A stretch of 64,000 nt of DNA from assembly GCA_011192125.1 (NCBI GenBank), contig DUEL01000005.1, positions 1,512 to 65,511 of the forward strand. The letters are read 5' to 3'. Below the pieces are notes generated by a model, which saw nothing but the letters and a program-made list of their open reading frames with translations, was not told the origin of the DNA and did not search any database. Each line of letters opens with the position of its first letter. Positions within the stretch are counted from its first letter, which is position 1. Below are positions 47,294-57,893 of this stretch, piece after piece. Source of the stretch: Thermoflexia bacterium (GTDB lineage Bacteria; Chloroflexota; Anaerolineae; B4-G1; DUEL01). Made by a program: the position numbers and the translations under genes.

Positions 47294-49249
47294 ATGAATG
47301 GGTTGTCGTCGGTTGATTGGATAGAAACTTTGTCGCTGCTCAACGCCATCTTCACATCCGGCATCGTCATCCTGTCCTTTGCCCTTCTCGTCTACATCCT
47401 CCTCTACAACCTCCGCAGCAACGTTGCCCGAGCCTTCTGCGCCATCCTGGCCTGCGTCCTGGTGGCCTACTTCGTGGACCTGGCCGTGGCTGGCGCACCC
47501 CTCGACATTGCCGTGCGCTGGCTCCGCTTCCAGTGGCTGGGGATCGCCTTCACCCCGGCCGCGTATCTCCACTTTACCGACGCCCTGTTGGGAACCACCA
47601 ACGATCGCAGCCGGGTCCGCACCTGGGCCGTGCGCGGCGCATACGGCCTGAGCGGGCTGACATTGCTGGTCGCCCTGCTGACCGACCTCCTGGTGCATGA
47701 CGGCTACCAAGAGGCCGGCGTGACCCACCTGAGAGCCGGTCCCCTCTTCTGGGTCTTCTTCGCCTACTTCCTCCTCGCCCTCGGCTGGGGAGTGGTCAAC
47801 GTGGTCCGCGCCTGGAGCCGCTGCCTGACCTCCACCTCTCGCCGACGGATGACCTACCTGGGCCTCTCCTTCCTCGCCCCCGCGGCAGGGGCCTTCCCCT
47901 ACCTCCTGATCGCCGGATGGCCCCAGCGGCTGCCCGGCGCGCTGCTCTGGATCCTGCTGGTCGTAGGCAACCTGGCCGTAGGGGCGATGCTGGTGGTGAT
48001 GTCCTACACCGTCGCCTTCTTCGGCGCGCTGACCCCCGACCGCGTGGTCAAGCACCGGTTCGTCCGCTTCCTCCTCCGCGGTCCGGTCCAAGCGACCGTC
48101 GTCGTGGTGGTCATCGTCCTCGCCTCCCGCGCCGACGGCTTCCTGGGCCTCCCTGCCTTCCGTCTGACCCTCTTCGGCGTGGTCGCCGCCATCCTGCTGG
48201 TCCAACTGGCCGTGGAACTGGCCAAGCCGGTGATCGACCGGATGCTGTATCGACAGGACAAAGCGGAGATCGCCTGGATCCAGGAACTAGGGAATCGACT
48301 GCTGACCTCCACCGACCTCCGGCAGTTCCTAGAGAACGTCCTCACCGCGCTATGCGACCTCCTGCGCACCTCCACCGCCTTCATAGCTGTGGTGGAGAAC
48401 GACCGGGCGCACCTGGCCGCGGTCTGCGGGTCCCTGGAACGGGCTCCGGTCTTTCTGAGGGAGGAGACGCTGGAGGCGATGCAGCGGGGGAGCCTGCCCT
48501 GGTACTTGGAGAAACACGGTCGATTCTTCATCTGGGACGGGTACTGGCTGCTCCCCTTGCGGGCGCGAAGCGGCGACGCGGTGATCGGCGTGTTAGGGAT
48601 CACAGCCCGCGAGGAGATCCCCAACCTATCGCCGGAGGAAGAGGCCGCGCTGGACAGCCTGGTGGCGCAGGCCGAGGCCGCACTGGAGGACCGGCGGATC
48701 CAGCAAACCCTCTTCGCAGCCCTGGCGCGGCTCCTCCCCCAGATCGAGGACATCCAGCGGCGGCGGGGGATGGTGCGCTACGGAGGGGATCGTGCCCTGA
48801 GCGACCTGCCCAGCCTGGTGGACGATCCCGAGTTCCCCCGCTGGGTGCGGGACGCTCTCTCCCACTACTGGGGCGGTCCGAAACTGACCCACAGCCCTCT
48901 TTTAAGCCTCCAGGTGGTGGAACGAGCGGCGGAGGAGCACGGGGGCCGGGTGAACGCCCTCCGCGCCGTCCTGCAACGGGCGATCGAGGGGCTGCGCCCC
49001 GAGGGTGACCGGAGCATGACCGCGGCCGAATGGCTGCTGTACAACATCCTGGAACTGAAATTCATCCGCGGCTACAAAGTGCGCGACGTGGCGATGCGGT
49101 TGGCGATGAGCGAGTCCGATCTGTACCGGAAGCAACGGGTGGCCATCGAGGAGGTCGCCCGCGTGTTGGCGGAGATGGAGCGTAAGGAGCAGAAGGAACG
49201 TCTGGAGGAGGAAGATGGTGGAGTTCTCACCGCCGGAAGCACCGCTTGA
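47294..49249 (+). CDS. Membrane-embedded putative transcriptional regulator: N-terminal 7-TM domain, GAF-like domain, C-terminal sigma70-region-4/LuxR-like HTH
   Basis: 7 hydrophobic helices in the first 330 aa; C-terminus EWLLYNILELKFIRGYKVRDVAMRLAMSESDLYRKQRVAIEEVARVL. Confidence 0.55.
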   Translation: MNGLSSVDWIETLSLLNAIFTSGIVILSFALLVYILLYNLRSNVARAFCAILACVLVAYFVDLAVAGAPLDIAVRWLRFQWLGIAFTPAAYLHFTDALLGTTNDRSRVRTWAVRGAYGLSGLTLLVALLTDLLVHDGYQEAGVTHLRAGPLFWVFFAYFLLALGWGVVNVVRAWSRCLTSTSRRRMTYLGLSFLAPAAGAFPYLLIAGWPQRLPGALLWILLVVGNLAVGAMLVVMSYTVAFFGALTPDRVVKHRFVRFLLRGPVQATVVVVVIVLASRADGFLGLPAFRLTLFGVVAAILLVQLAVELAKPVIDRMLYRQDKAEIAWIQELGNRLLTSTDLRQFLENVLTALCDLLRTSTAFIAVVENDRAHLAAVCGSLERAPVFLREETLEAMQRGSLPWYLEKHGRFFIWDGYWLLPLRARSGDAVIGVLGITAREEIPNLSPEEEAALDSLVAQAEAALEDRRIQQTLFAALARLLPQIEDIQRRRGMVRYGGDRALSDLPSLVDDPEFPRWVRDALSHYWGGPKLTHSPLLSLQVVERAAEEHGGRVNALRAVLQRAIEGLRPEGDRSMTAAEWLLYNILELKFIRGYKVRDVAMRLAMSESDLYRKQRVAIEEVARVLAEMERKEQKERLEEEDGGVLTAGSTA

Positions 49250-50204
49250 GGAAGGGTACTGGAGAGCGCTCGTCGAAGGGGGCGAGCACGGAGGAAAGGC
49301 CGCACCGCCAACCCCGCCGGAGGAGGTCTGGCGGTCGCTGGGGCTGGAGGAAGGGAATGGACCGACGGATTCTTCTATCTTTGGTTCGGATGGGAGATGG
49401 GAGGAAGCCATCCAGGCGATGGAGACGGAAGCCGTACTCGAACTGCCCGTCGTCGGTTACAACCGGGGTGGGCTCCTGGTCGAATGGAACGGGCACCAGG
49501 GATTCGTCCCCGCCTCCCATCTGGAAGGCCTCTCTACCTACACCGACGAGCGGGAGCGGGAGCGGGAACTGAAGGCCCGGCTGGGAAAGACCCTCCGGCT
49601 TCGCGTCATCGAGGTCGACCCCGAGCGAAGCCGCCTCGTCCTTTCGGAACGGGCCACCCGCGCCGACGAGGCCAAGAGGCAGTCCCTGATCAACCAACTG
49701 CGTCCCGGAAGCGTCCGAAAAGGCCGGGTGACCAACCTCTGCTCTTTCGGCGCGTTTGTGGACCTGGGCGGCGTCGAGGGGCTGGTCCACGTCTCGGAGA
49801 TCTCCTGGGGGCGGGTCGATCATCCGGCCGACCTGCTGCAACCCGGTCAGGAGGTGGAGGTCTTCGTCCTCAACGTCGACCAGGAGCGGGGGCGGATCGG
49901 CCTGAGCATCAAGCGCACCCGCCCCGATCCGTGGCAGACCGTCGACGATCGGTACCACGTCGGGCAGATCGTGGAGGGGACGATCACCAACGTGGTGGAC
50001 TTCGGAGCCTTCGTCCAGGTAGAAGAGGGGGTCGAGGGACTGATCCACGTCTCCGAGATGAGGGAAGAGGAATTCCTGGACCCCCACGTTGTGGTTCGGG
50101 AGGGGCAACAGGTGCGGGCACGGGTGATCGAGGTGAACGGCGCACAGCACCGGTTGCGGTTGAGCCTGCGGGACCTCCCTCCCTCTGAAGAAGGTACGGT
50201 GTAG
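49215..50204 (+). CDS. S1 RNA-binding domain protein (three S1 repeats)
   Basis: Three G.V.G.V....FGAFV......GL.H.SE motifs. Confidence 0.7.
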   Translation: MVEFSPPEAPLEEGYWRALVEGGEHGGKAAPPTPPEEVWRSLGLEEGNGPTDSSIFGSDGRWEEAIQAMETEAVLELPVVGYNRGGLLVEWNGHQGFVPASHLEGLSTYTDERERERELKARLGKTLRLRVIEVDPERSRLVLSERATRADEAKRQSLINQLRPGSVRKGRVTNLCSFGAFVDLGGVEGLVHVSEISWGRVDHPADLLQPGQEVEVFVLNVDQERGRIGLSIKRTRPDPWQTVDDRYHVGQIVEGTITNVVDFGAFVQVEEGVEGLIHVSEMREEEFLDPHVVVREGQQVRARVIEVNGAQHRLRLSLRDLPPSEEGTV

Positions 50205-50206
50205 CG

Positions 50207-52426
50207 ATGACCCGACGGGGAAGACGGTTCACCGGTTACCCCCTCCGACGAGGAGCGCAGGAGGCCCCCTCCTGGCGAACCTGGCTGACCAACCCCCTGG
50301 TGCTGCAGGCGATAGCGGTCCTTCTACTGGTACTGGCCCTGCTCACCGGCTTGAACCTGGTACACCTCACCTCGGGCCGCTGGATCGACGCCTGGGTCGG
50401 TTTCCTCCGCTACCTCTTCGGCTGGGGCATCGTGCCGGTGACCTTCGCCTTTGGTGCCGGGGGCATTCTGATCCTCCGGCACCAACTGGACCGGCCCGTG
50501 GTCTGGCGGTGGCGACCGGTGGTGGGGCTGGAACTGCTCTTCTTCGGCCTCCTGGCCCTCACCCATCTGGTCCTCGGCCGGTCCGACCCCTGGGGGCTCG
50601 TCGAGCAGGGTTGGGGCGGAGGGCTGGTCGGCTGGGCCTTTGCCTTCCTGCTGAGCGAGTACCTGGGGCCGCTGGTGGCGGGCATCCTGCTGGCGGCGGT
50701 CGTGCTGCTGGGAGCCGGCCTCGCCTTCGACCTGACCGTGGCGGAGGTTCGCGAGGCACTGAGCCGCCTTCGTCCCCAGGCACCACCCCGTCCTGCCGTC
50801 CGCCGCCGCCCGTCGCCGACCCCGCGGCAGGCCACCCCACCTCCTCCCCCACCCAGCCGCCAGCCCCGAAGGAAACCGCCCGCAGAGCCGCCGCCTCCCA
50901 CCCCTCAGCCAACGGCGGTGAAAGAGCCGCCGCCTCAGCCGAAGACGCTCCCGCTGACAGCGGCCGTGCTATCGGAGGAACTGGAACTACCGCCGCTGGA
51001 TCTCCTGGAGGAAGGGAAGGAGGCCGGACTGAGCGACGAGGAGATCCGGGAGAAGAGCCGCATCATCGTCGAGACGCTGGCCTCCTTCGGGCTGCCGGTG
51101 GAGGTGGTGGAGGTCCGCCGTGGGCCGACCATCACCCAGTTCGGCATCGCGCCTGGCTACACCGAACGGACGGACCGCCACGGCCGCCGCCGGGCCCAGA
51201 AGGTGCGGGTCAGCCAGATCGCCGCCCTCGCCGACGACCTGGCGCTGGCCCTGGCCGCGCCGTCGCTACGCGTCGAGGCCCCCGTGCCCGGCCGATCGGT
51301 GGTCGGCATCGAGGTCCCCAACGACGAGGTCGGGCTGGTGACCCTCCGATCGGTGATGGAGAGCGACGCGTTCCAGACCGCCACCAGCCCGTTGACCGTG
51401 GCTCTGGGGGAGGACGTCTCCGGCGAACCGGTGGTGGCCGACCTCGCGATGATGCCTCACCTCCTCATCGCGGGCACGACCGGCTCGGGCAAGTCGGTCT
51501 GTATCAAGGCGATGGCCACCTGCCTGGCGATGACCAACCGGCCCGACGAACTCCGGTTCGTGATGATCGACCCCAAGATGGTGGAATTGGTCCGCTTCAA
51601 CGGCCTGCCCCACCTCCTGGGCCACACCGAGCACGACCTGGACCGCATCGGGCGGGTGCTCCGATGGGTGGCCCAGGAGATGGACCGGCGGTACAAACTG
51701 TTCGCCACCTCGGGAGCGCGCAACATCGATGACTATAACCAGCGGATCGGAGCGAAACAGGCAGGAGAACGCCTCCCCCACATCGTGGTCTTCATCGACG
51801 AGTTGGCCGACCTGATGATGCTGGCGCCAGATCAGACGGAGCGGACGATCTGCCGGATCGCCCAGATGGCCCGGGCCACCGGCATCCACCTGGTCGTCGC
51901 CACGCAGCGGCCCAGCGTCGACGTGGTGACCGGGTTGATCAAGGCCAACTTCCCCGCCCGCATCTCCTTCGCCACCGCCAGCCAGGTCGACTCACGGGTG
52001 ATTCTCGATATGCCGGGCGCGGAGACCCTGCTGGGCCGGGGGGACATGCTGTATCTGGCCTCCGACGCCGGACATCCGATCCGCGTGCAGGGGTGCTTCG
52101 TCAGCGACGCGGAGATCGAGCGGGTAGTCGACTTCTGGCGGGAGCAGACGGGCGGCTGGACCAGCGAGCCGCCCTGGGAGGGTATAATGCCCACCGGCAA
52201 GGAAGAGGCTGCAGCCAGATTGGACGAGGAGGACGCGCTGCTCCAGCAGGCCATCGAACTGGTGAAGCGACGGAGCACCATCACCGCCTCCTACCTCCAG
52301 CGACGGCTGCGGATCGGCTACCCCCGTGCCGCCCGCCTGATCGAACAACTGGAGGAAATGGGCCTCATCGGTCCTCAAGAGGCCGCCGGTCGTCCACGTC
52401 GGGTCATCGGCGGAGAGGGGGAATAG
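50207..52426 (+). CDS. ftsK: DNA translocase FtsK/SpoIIIE
   Basis: N-terminal TM helices, a Pro-rich linker, the motor domain HLLIAGTTGSGKS, and a gamma winged helix. Confidence 0.9.
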   Translation: MTRRGRRFTGYPLRRGAQEAPSWRTWLTNPLVLQAIAVLLLVLALLTGLNLVHLTSGRWIDAWVGFLRYLFGWGIVPVTFAFGAGGILILRHQLDRPVVWRWRPVVGLELLFFGLLALTHLVLGRSDPWGLVEQGWGGGLVGWAFAFLLSEYLGPLVAGILLAAVVLLGAGLAFDLTVAEVREALSRLRPQAPPRPAVRRRPSPTPRQATPPPPPPSRQPRRKPPAEPPPPTPQPTAVKEPPPQPKTLPLTAAVLSEELELPPLDLLEEGKEAGLSDEEIREKSRIIVETLASFGLPVEVVEVRRGPTITQFGIAPGYTERTDRHGRRRAQKVRVSQIAALADDLALALAAPSLRVEAPVPGRSVVGIEVPNDEVGLVTLRSVMESDAFQTATSPLTVALGEDVSGEPVVADLAMMPHLLIAGTTGSGKSVCIKAMATCLAMTNRPDELRFVMIDPKMVELVRFNGLPHLLGHTEHDLDRIGRVLRWVAQEMDRRYKLFATSGARNIDDYNQRIGAKQAGERLPHIVVFIDELADLMMLAPDQTERTICRIAQMARATGIHLVVATQRPSVDVVTGLIKANFPARISFATASQVDSRVILDMPGAETLLGRGDMLYLASDAGHPIRVQGCFVSDAEIERVVDFWREQTGGWTSEPPWEGIMPTGKEEAAARLDEEDALLQQAIELVKRRSTITASYLQRRLRIGYPRAARLIEQLEEMGLIGPQEAAGRPRRVIGGEGE

Positions 52427-52431
52427 GTCGG

Positions 52432-53253
52432 GTGACGGAAGAGAACACCGTCTATCACGTGTTCGCGGTCTCCGACGGCACTGGCGCTACGGCGGAACGG
52501 GTCATCCGGGCCGCCCTCACCCAGTTCACGAAGCCAGTCGAGGTAGAGCGGTTCGGCGAGGTACGCACCGTCCAACAGGTCAAGGACCTGGTCCAGCAAG
52601 CGGCTGAGCAAGGGGCTTTCATCGTCCATACTCTGGTGACGCCTGACCTGCGCCGGGCGATGTTCGAGGAGGGGCGGAGGCGGAACGTCTCCACGCTGGA
52701 CCTGATGGGCCCTCTGCTGGACCGGCTGTCGGACCTGCTGGGCACGTCCCCGTTGGCCCGGCCCGGCGTATACGGCCCGATGACCGAGGCCTACTACCGT
52801 CGCATCGAGGCGATCGAGTTCGCGCTGGGGCACGACGACGGCCGTCATCCCGAAGAGCTGGAGCACGCAGAGATCGTCCTGGTGGGCGTATCCCGCACCG
52901 GGAAGACGCCCCTCAGCATGTATCTCTCCTATCGAGGGTGGCTGGTCGGCAACGTGCCTATCGTCCCAGGCATCGATCCTCCTGAGATCCTATTCCGGCT
53001 CCCGCCCAACCGGGTGATCGGCCTGACGGTCGAAGCGAGGCGGCTGGCGACCCTTCGCCGGGCCCGCGCCCAGCGGCTGGGTGGTCAACTCCGGGAGTAC
53101 ACGGACCTGGCGCGCGTGCGGGAGGAGGTTCGACACGCCCTGAGGATCTTCCACCAGCACAACTGGCCCATCGTGGATATGACCTCCAAGCCGATCGAGG
53201 AGGCCGCTGCCGAGATCGTCGCCATCGTGGAGCAGAAGGACATCGCTGAATGA
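52432..53253 (+). CDS. Pyruvate,phosphate dikinase / PEP synthetase regulatory protein (bifunctional kinase-pyrophosphorylase, DUF299). GTG start.
   Basis: VFAVSDGTGATAE N-terminus; P-loop GVSRTGKTPLS. Confidence 0.8.
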   Translation: MTEENTVYHVFAVSDGTGATAERVIRAALTQFTKPVEVERFGEVRTVQQVKDLVQQAAEQGAFIVHTLVTPDLRRAMFEEGRRRNVSTLDLMGPLLDRLSDLLGTSPLARPGVYGPMTEAYYRRIEAIEFALGHDDGRHPEELEHAEIVLVGVSRTGKTPLSMYLSYRGWLVGNVPIVPGIDPPEILFRLPPNRVIGLTVEARRLATLRRARAQRLGGQLREYTDLARVREEVRHALRIFHQHNWPIVDMTSKPIEEAAAEIVAIVEQKDIAE

Positions 53254-55892
53254 GCACAACGAAAGTCACCCCGATCCGCAAGCAGTACCTCCAGTTGAAG
53301 GCCCAGCATCCAGACGCGATCCTCTTTTTTCGACTGGGCGACTTCTACGAGACGTTCGACCAGGACGCCGAGATCGCGGCCAGGGAACTGGACCTGGTGC
53401 TGACCTCTCGCCCGGTCGCCAAGGGGGTGCGGGTGCCGATGGCGGGGGTGCCTCACCACGCCATCGAGGGGTACATTGCCCGCCTGATCGAGAAAGGCTA
53501 CCGGGTCGCCATCGCCGAGCAGGTGGGGGAGGTCACCGGCAAGGGATTGGTCCATCGGGAGGTGGTCCGCGTCGTCACGCCGGGCACCGTAGTCGAACCG
53601 GCGCTGCTGGAGGCGAAGCGACCCAACTACCTGGTCGCTCTGGTGATCGAAGGGGACCGGGCCGGGCTGGCTTACACCGACATCACCACCGGCGAGTTCG
53701 CCGCCGCCCAACTGGCCCGCGAGGAGGTCCCCCGCGAACTGGCCCGTCTCCAGCCCAGGGAATGCCTCGTGCCCACGCTGGAGGAGGGTGCTGGAGGTAC
53801 AGACACAAGAGGCCAGAGCGCAATCGAATTGCACCCTGACCCCATCCCCGTCCCTATCCCCTCCGACACTCACCTCACCCCCCTCCCCCCCTACCGCTTC
53901 GAGTTGGGCGCAGCCCGCCAGGCCCTCCTCGACCACTTCCGGGTGAGCACCCTGGAGGGGTTCGGCTGCGAAGGGAAGCCCCTGGCGGTCCGCGCCGCTG
54001 GTGCGATCATCCAATACCTCCGGGAGACCCAGAAGGGCTCACTGACCCAACTGACCACCCTGCGGACCTACTCCACCGACCGGTTTATGGTGCTGGACCC
54101 CGCCACGCGGCGCAACCTGGAACTGACGGAGACGCTGCGGGAGCGGAAGATACAGGGGTCGCTGCTGGGGGTGCTGGACCGGACCCTGACGCCGATGGGC
54201 GGGCGGCTCCTGCGGGCGCGGCTGGCCCAGCCACTGGTGGACCGGGAAGCGATCGAGGCGCGGCTGGACGAGGTGGAGGCCTTCGTTGAAGACGGGGTCC
54301 TCCGGACACGGGTGCGGGAGGCCCTGAAGGACTTCCCCGACCTGGAGCGGCTGACCAACCGGGTCCTCGGCTCCATCGCCACGCCGCGCGACCTGGTGGG
54401 GATACGGCGGGCATTGGAGGCGGTGAAAGAGGCAAGGAGCAGGATGCAGGAAGCGGGGAAGCAGGGAGGTGAGGAAAGGGCTGCATCCTGCGTCCTACGT
54501 CTTGCATCCTCGCTGGATCCGTGCGAGGACGTCGTCTCGCTGATCCGCGCCGCCATCGTGGACGACCCGCCCGCCTCTCTTTCTGCTGGGGGAGTGATCC
54601 GGCCTGGGTTCTCCGAGGAGTTGGACGGGCTGCTCCGGTCGGTGCGGGAGGCGCGGGAGTGGCTGGCAAGCCTGGAGCGGCGGGAGCAGGAGCGGACCGG
54701 CATCAAGAACCTCAAGGTCGGCTACAACAAGGTCTTCGGCTACTACATCGAGGTCACCAAGTCCAACCTCCACGCCGTCCCGGACGACTACATCCGCAAG
54801 CAGACCCTGGTCAACGCCGAGCGGTTCATCACGCCGGAACTGAAGGAGGTGGAGGCCCGCATCCTCAACGCCGAGGAGCGACAGGCGGAGGTAGAGGCCC
54901 GGATCTTCCGCGAGGTCTGCCAGCGGGTCGCCGCCCGCGCCCACGCGCTGCTGGAGACCGCCCGCACCGTCGCCCGCATCGACGTGGCGGCCTCGCTGGC
55001 CGAGGTCGCCGTCCGCAACCGGTACGTCCGCCCCGAACTGACGGAGGAGAACGTCTTAGAGATCGTCGGCGGGCGGCACCCGGTGGTGGAGCAGACCCTG
55101 CGGGAGGAGCCCTTCGTCCCCAACGACCTTCACCTCGACGAGGAGATCCGCATCCTGATCATCACCGGCCCCAACATGGCCGGGAAGTCCGTCTATCTAC
55201 GGCAGAACGCCCTCATCGTCCTGATGGCGCAGATGGGGAGTTTCGTCCCCGCCGAGCGCGCGCGGATTGGACTGGTGGACCGTATCTTCACGCGGATCGG
55301 TGCGCAGGACGAGGTGGCGGCGGGGCAGTCCACCTTTATGGTCGAGATGGTGGAAACGGCCAACATCCTCCACAACGCCACCCCCCGCAGCCTCCTGATC
55401 CTCGACGAGATCGGTCGCGGCACCTCCACCTACGACGGCATCTCCATCGCCTGGGCGGTGGTGGAGTACCTGCACAACCATCCGGAGCGGCGGGCGCGGA
55501 CCCTATTCGCCACCCACTACCACGAACTGACCGAGTTGGCAAACCGCCTGCCAGGGGTGCGCAACGTCAACCTGGCGGTGCGGGAGGAGGAAGGGCGGGT
55601 GATCTTCCTGCACAAGGTGGTCCCTGGCGGAGCGGACCGTTCTTACGGCATCCACGTGGCCCAGTTGGCGGGCGTCCCCCGACCGGTGATCAACCGGGCG
55701 CAGGAACTGCTGGAGGGGCTGGAGAGCGGCAAGTTCCGCCCCGGCACCCCCGCCCCGGAGCCGTACCAGCCGGTCCTCTTCGCCGACGAGCACCCGGTGG
55801 TGGAGGAACTGCGGCGGCTGGACGTCTCCCAGATGACGCCGCTGGAGGCCATTAACAAATTGTACGAGTTACAGCGGAAGGTGGAGGAGTAA
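53250..55892 (+). CDS. mutS: DNA mismatch repair protein MutS
   Basis: Mismatch-binding N-terminus (FYE motif), ABC ATPase GPNMAGKS, and STF..E. Confidence 0.92.
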   Translation: MSTTKVTPIRKQYLQLKAQHPDAILFFRLGDFYETFDQDAEIAARELDLVLTSRPVAKGVRVPMAGVPHHAIEGYIARLIEKGYRVAIAEQVGEVTGKGLVHREVVRVVTPGTVVEPALLEAKRPNYLVALVIEGDRAGLAYTDITTGEFAAAQLAREEVPRELARLQPRECLVPTLEEGAGGTDTRGQSAIELHPDPIPVPIPSDTHLTPLPPYRFELGAARQALLDHFRVSTLEGFGCEGKPLAVRAAGAIIQYLRETQKGSLTQLTTLRTYSTDRFMVLDPATRRNLELTETLRERKIQGSLLGVLDRTLTPMGGRLLRARLAQPLVDREAIEARLDEVEAFVEDGVLRTRVREALKDFPDLERLTNRVLGSIATPRDLVGIRRALEAVKEARSRMQEAGKQGGEERAASCVLRLASSLDPCEDVVSLIRAAIVDDPPASLSAGGVIRPGFSEELDGLLRSVREAREWLASLERREQERTGIKNLKVGYNKVFGYYIEVTKSNLHAVPDDYIRKQTLVNAERFITPELKEVEARILNAEERQAEVEARIFREVCQRVAARAHALLETARTVARIDVAASLAEVAVRNRYVRPELTEENVLEIVGGRHPVVEQTLREEPFVPNDLHLDEEIRILIITGPNMAGKSVYLRQNALIVLMAQMGSFVPAERARIGLVDRIFTRIGAQDEVAAGQSTFMVEMVETANILHNATPRSLLILDEIGRGTSTYDGISIAWAVVEYLHNHPERRARTLFATHYHELTELANRLPGVRNVNLAVREEEGRVIFLHKVVPGGADRSYGIHVAQLAGVPRPVINRAQELLEGLESGKFRPGTPAPEPYQPVLFADEHPVVEELRRLDVSQMTPLEAINKLYELQRKVEE

Positions 55893-55925
55893 CAGTAACC
55901 CCACGCAGAACACGGAACACCTAGA

Positions 55926-56933
55926 ATGAAAGAGATCCTACCCGACCTGACCCGCTGGCTCGCCTCCGGCGAGCGCGTCGCCCTGGCGACGGTGATCCGC
56001 GCTCAGGGTCCCTCCCCGCGACCGGTGGGGGCCTGCCTGGCGGTCACGGCCTCCGGTAAGATGGCCGGCTCCGTCAGCGGGGGGTGTGTGGAGGGAGCCG
56101 TCTTCCGGGAGGCCCAGGCGGTGCTGGAGGGCGCACCCCCCAAGCGGCTCCGGTACGGCGTGGCGGACGAAGGGGGCTGGGAGGTGGGGCTGGCCTGCGG
56201 GGGGACCATCGAGATCTACCTGGAGCCGCTGGCCCCCATTCACGAGCGGCTCCTGGAGGCCCTGCGGGCCGATGAGACGGTGGCCCTGGTCACTCGGCTC
56301 GACGGCGGCGGTCACCTCCTGGCCTGGCCGGACGGACAGATGGAGGGGGATCGCTCTCTGGCCGATGAACTGGAGACCGCTTTCCCAGGCCCCCTGGCCG
56401 AACTCCGGCCGTCCCCCCAGGGCGACCGCTTCGTCCAGGTCTTCGCCCCGCCCCCCACCCTCACCATCGTCGGCGCGGTCCACCTGGCCCAGCCGCTGGT
56501 CCGCCTGGCCCAGGTGCTGGGCTTCCGCGTGAGGGTGGTGGACGCGCGGCGGGTCTTCGCCACGCGGGACCGGTTCCCCACGGCGGACGAACTGGTGGTC
56601 GCTTGGCCGAAGGAGGCGCTGGGACCGGACCACCTGCGCCCGTCCGACGCCCTGGTCGTCCTCACCCACGACCCCAAGTTCGACGTGCCCGCGCTGGAGA
56701 TCGCGCTGAGAAGCCCCGTGGGCTACATCGGCCTCCTCGGATCGCAAAGCACCCAGGCCCGCCGGAAGAAGGCGTTGAAAGAGCGGGGATTTACAGAAAA
56801 GGACCTGGCCCGCATCCACGGGCCGGTGGGGCTGGACGTGGGGAACTCGCCGGAGGAAATCGCCCTGGGCATCCTGGCCGAGATCGTTGCCCATCGGAAC
56901 CGCACGATCCGCACTCCACGCCCCCCACCCTGA
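55926..56933 (+). CDS. XdhC/CoxI family molybdoenzyme maturation factor
   Basis: XdhC_CoxI N-terminal domain (GSVSGGCVEGAV) and C-terminal Rossmann-like domain. Confidence 0.75.
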   Translation: MKEILPDLTRWLASGERVALATVIRAQGPSPRPVGACLAVTASGKMAGSVSGGCVEGAVFREAQAVLEGAPPKRLRYGVADEGGWEVGLACGGTIEIYLEPLAPIHERLLEALRADETVALVTRLDGGGHLLAWPDGQMEGDRSLADELETAFPGPLAELRPSPQGDRFVQVFAPPPTLTIVGAVHLAQPLVRLAQVLGFRVRVVDARRVFATRDRFPTADELVVAWPKEALGPDHLRPSDALVVLTHDPKFDVPALEIALRSPVGYIGLLGSQSTQARRKKALKERGFTEKDLARIHGPVGLDVGNSPEEIALGILAEIVAHRNRTIRTPRPPP

Positions 56934-56981
56934 ACCCCATCCTTTGCATCCTGCGCCCTTACAACCCACAGAGGTGTTCCT

Positions 56982-57758
56982 ATGCTAACCCCAGAACAGC
57001 GAGAGCGTTTCGCCCGCCAATTGGTGCTGGAAGGGATCGGCGAGGAAGGGCAGGAACGGTTAGCGGCTGCCCGCGTGCTCGTCGTCGGCGCAGGAGGGCT
57101 GGGCTCTGCCGCCTGCTTCTATCTGGCCGCGGCGGGGGTGGGCTCCCTCGGCATCGTGGACGCCGACGTGGTGGCCCTTTCCAACCTCAACCGGCAGATC
57201 CTCCACGCCACCGCCGACCTGGGGCGGCCGAAGACCGAATCCGCCGCCGAGACCCTCCGGGCGCTGAACCCCGACCTGGAGGTGGTCCAATATCCGGAGC
57301 GGCTGACCCCCGCGCGGGCCGAAGCGCTGGCGACGGAGTACGACCTGGTGATGGAGTGCTCCGACAACTTCGAGACCAAGTTCCTCGTCAACGCGGCCTG
57401 CGTGCAGGCGGGGAGGCCGTTGGTGTGGGCCTCCGTGCTGGCGTGGGAGGGGCAGATGTCGGTGGTGGTGCCCGGTGAGGGACCGTGCTATCGGTGCCTC
57501 TTCCCACCCCACCTCGACCTGAGCGGCGCGCCGACGGCGAAGGAGGTGGGTATCCTGGGAGCCGTCGCCGGGACATTCGGCGCGCTGGAGGCGGTGGAGG
57601 CGGTGAAGGTGCTGCTGGGGATCGGGAAGCCGTTGGTGGGCCGGCTGCTGGCCTGGGACGGTCTCACCGCAACCTTCGACCTGATCGCCTTCGAGCGCCA
57701 ACCAGGATGTCCAGTATGCCATCACAGGGACAGAGGGAGCACGGAGAGATCACCCTGA
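56982..57758 (+). CDS. moeB: ThiF/MoeB-family adenylyltransferase (molybdopterin-synthase adenylyltransferase-like)
   Basis: VLVVGAGGLGS; CxxC...CxxC zinc motif at the C-terminus. Confidence 0.8.
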   Translation: MLTPEQRERFARQLVLEGIGEEGQERLAAARVLVVGAGGLGSAACFYLAAAGVGSLGIVDADVVALSNLNRQILHATADLGRPKTESAAETLRALNPDLEVVQYPERLTPARAEALATEYDLVMECSDNFETKFLVNAACVQAGRPLVWASVLAWEGQMSVVVPGEGPCYRCLFPPHLDLSGAPTAKEVGILGAVAGTFGALEAVEAVKVLLGIGKPLVGRLLAWDGLTATFDLIAFERQPGCPVCHHRDRGSTERSP

Positions 57759-57800
57759 ACAAAACGGCTTCTGTGCCTTCTGCACCGCTGCGGTGGAATT
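57721..57800. repeat. Family-A repeat (degenerate copy) overlapping the end of moeB
   Basis: cacagggacagagggagcacggagag ... cttctgtgccttctgcacc. Confidence 0.45.
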
Positions 57801-57855
57801 GCGCCATACTCAGGTGCTATTCCCCAGATTTTAAGAAAAAAAGGGGCCTCCCCGC

Positions 57856-57884
57856 TTGCCCCGCGCCCTCGGGTATGGTATAAT
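57856..57884 (+). promoter_or_regulatory. Promoter TTGCCC-N17-TATAAT for nrdR(-nrdD)
   Basis: Consensus -10 with 17-bp spacing. Confidence 0.5.
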
Positions 57885-57893
57885 AACCATGAA

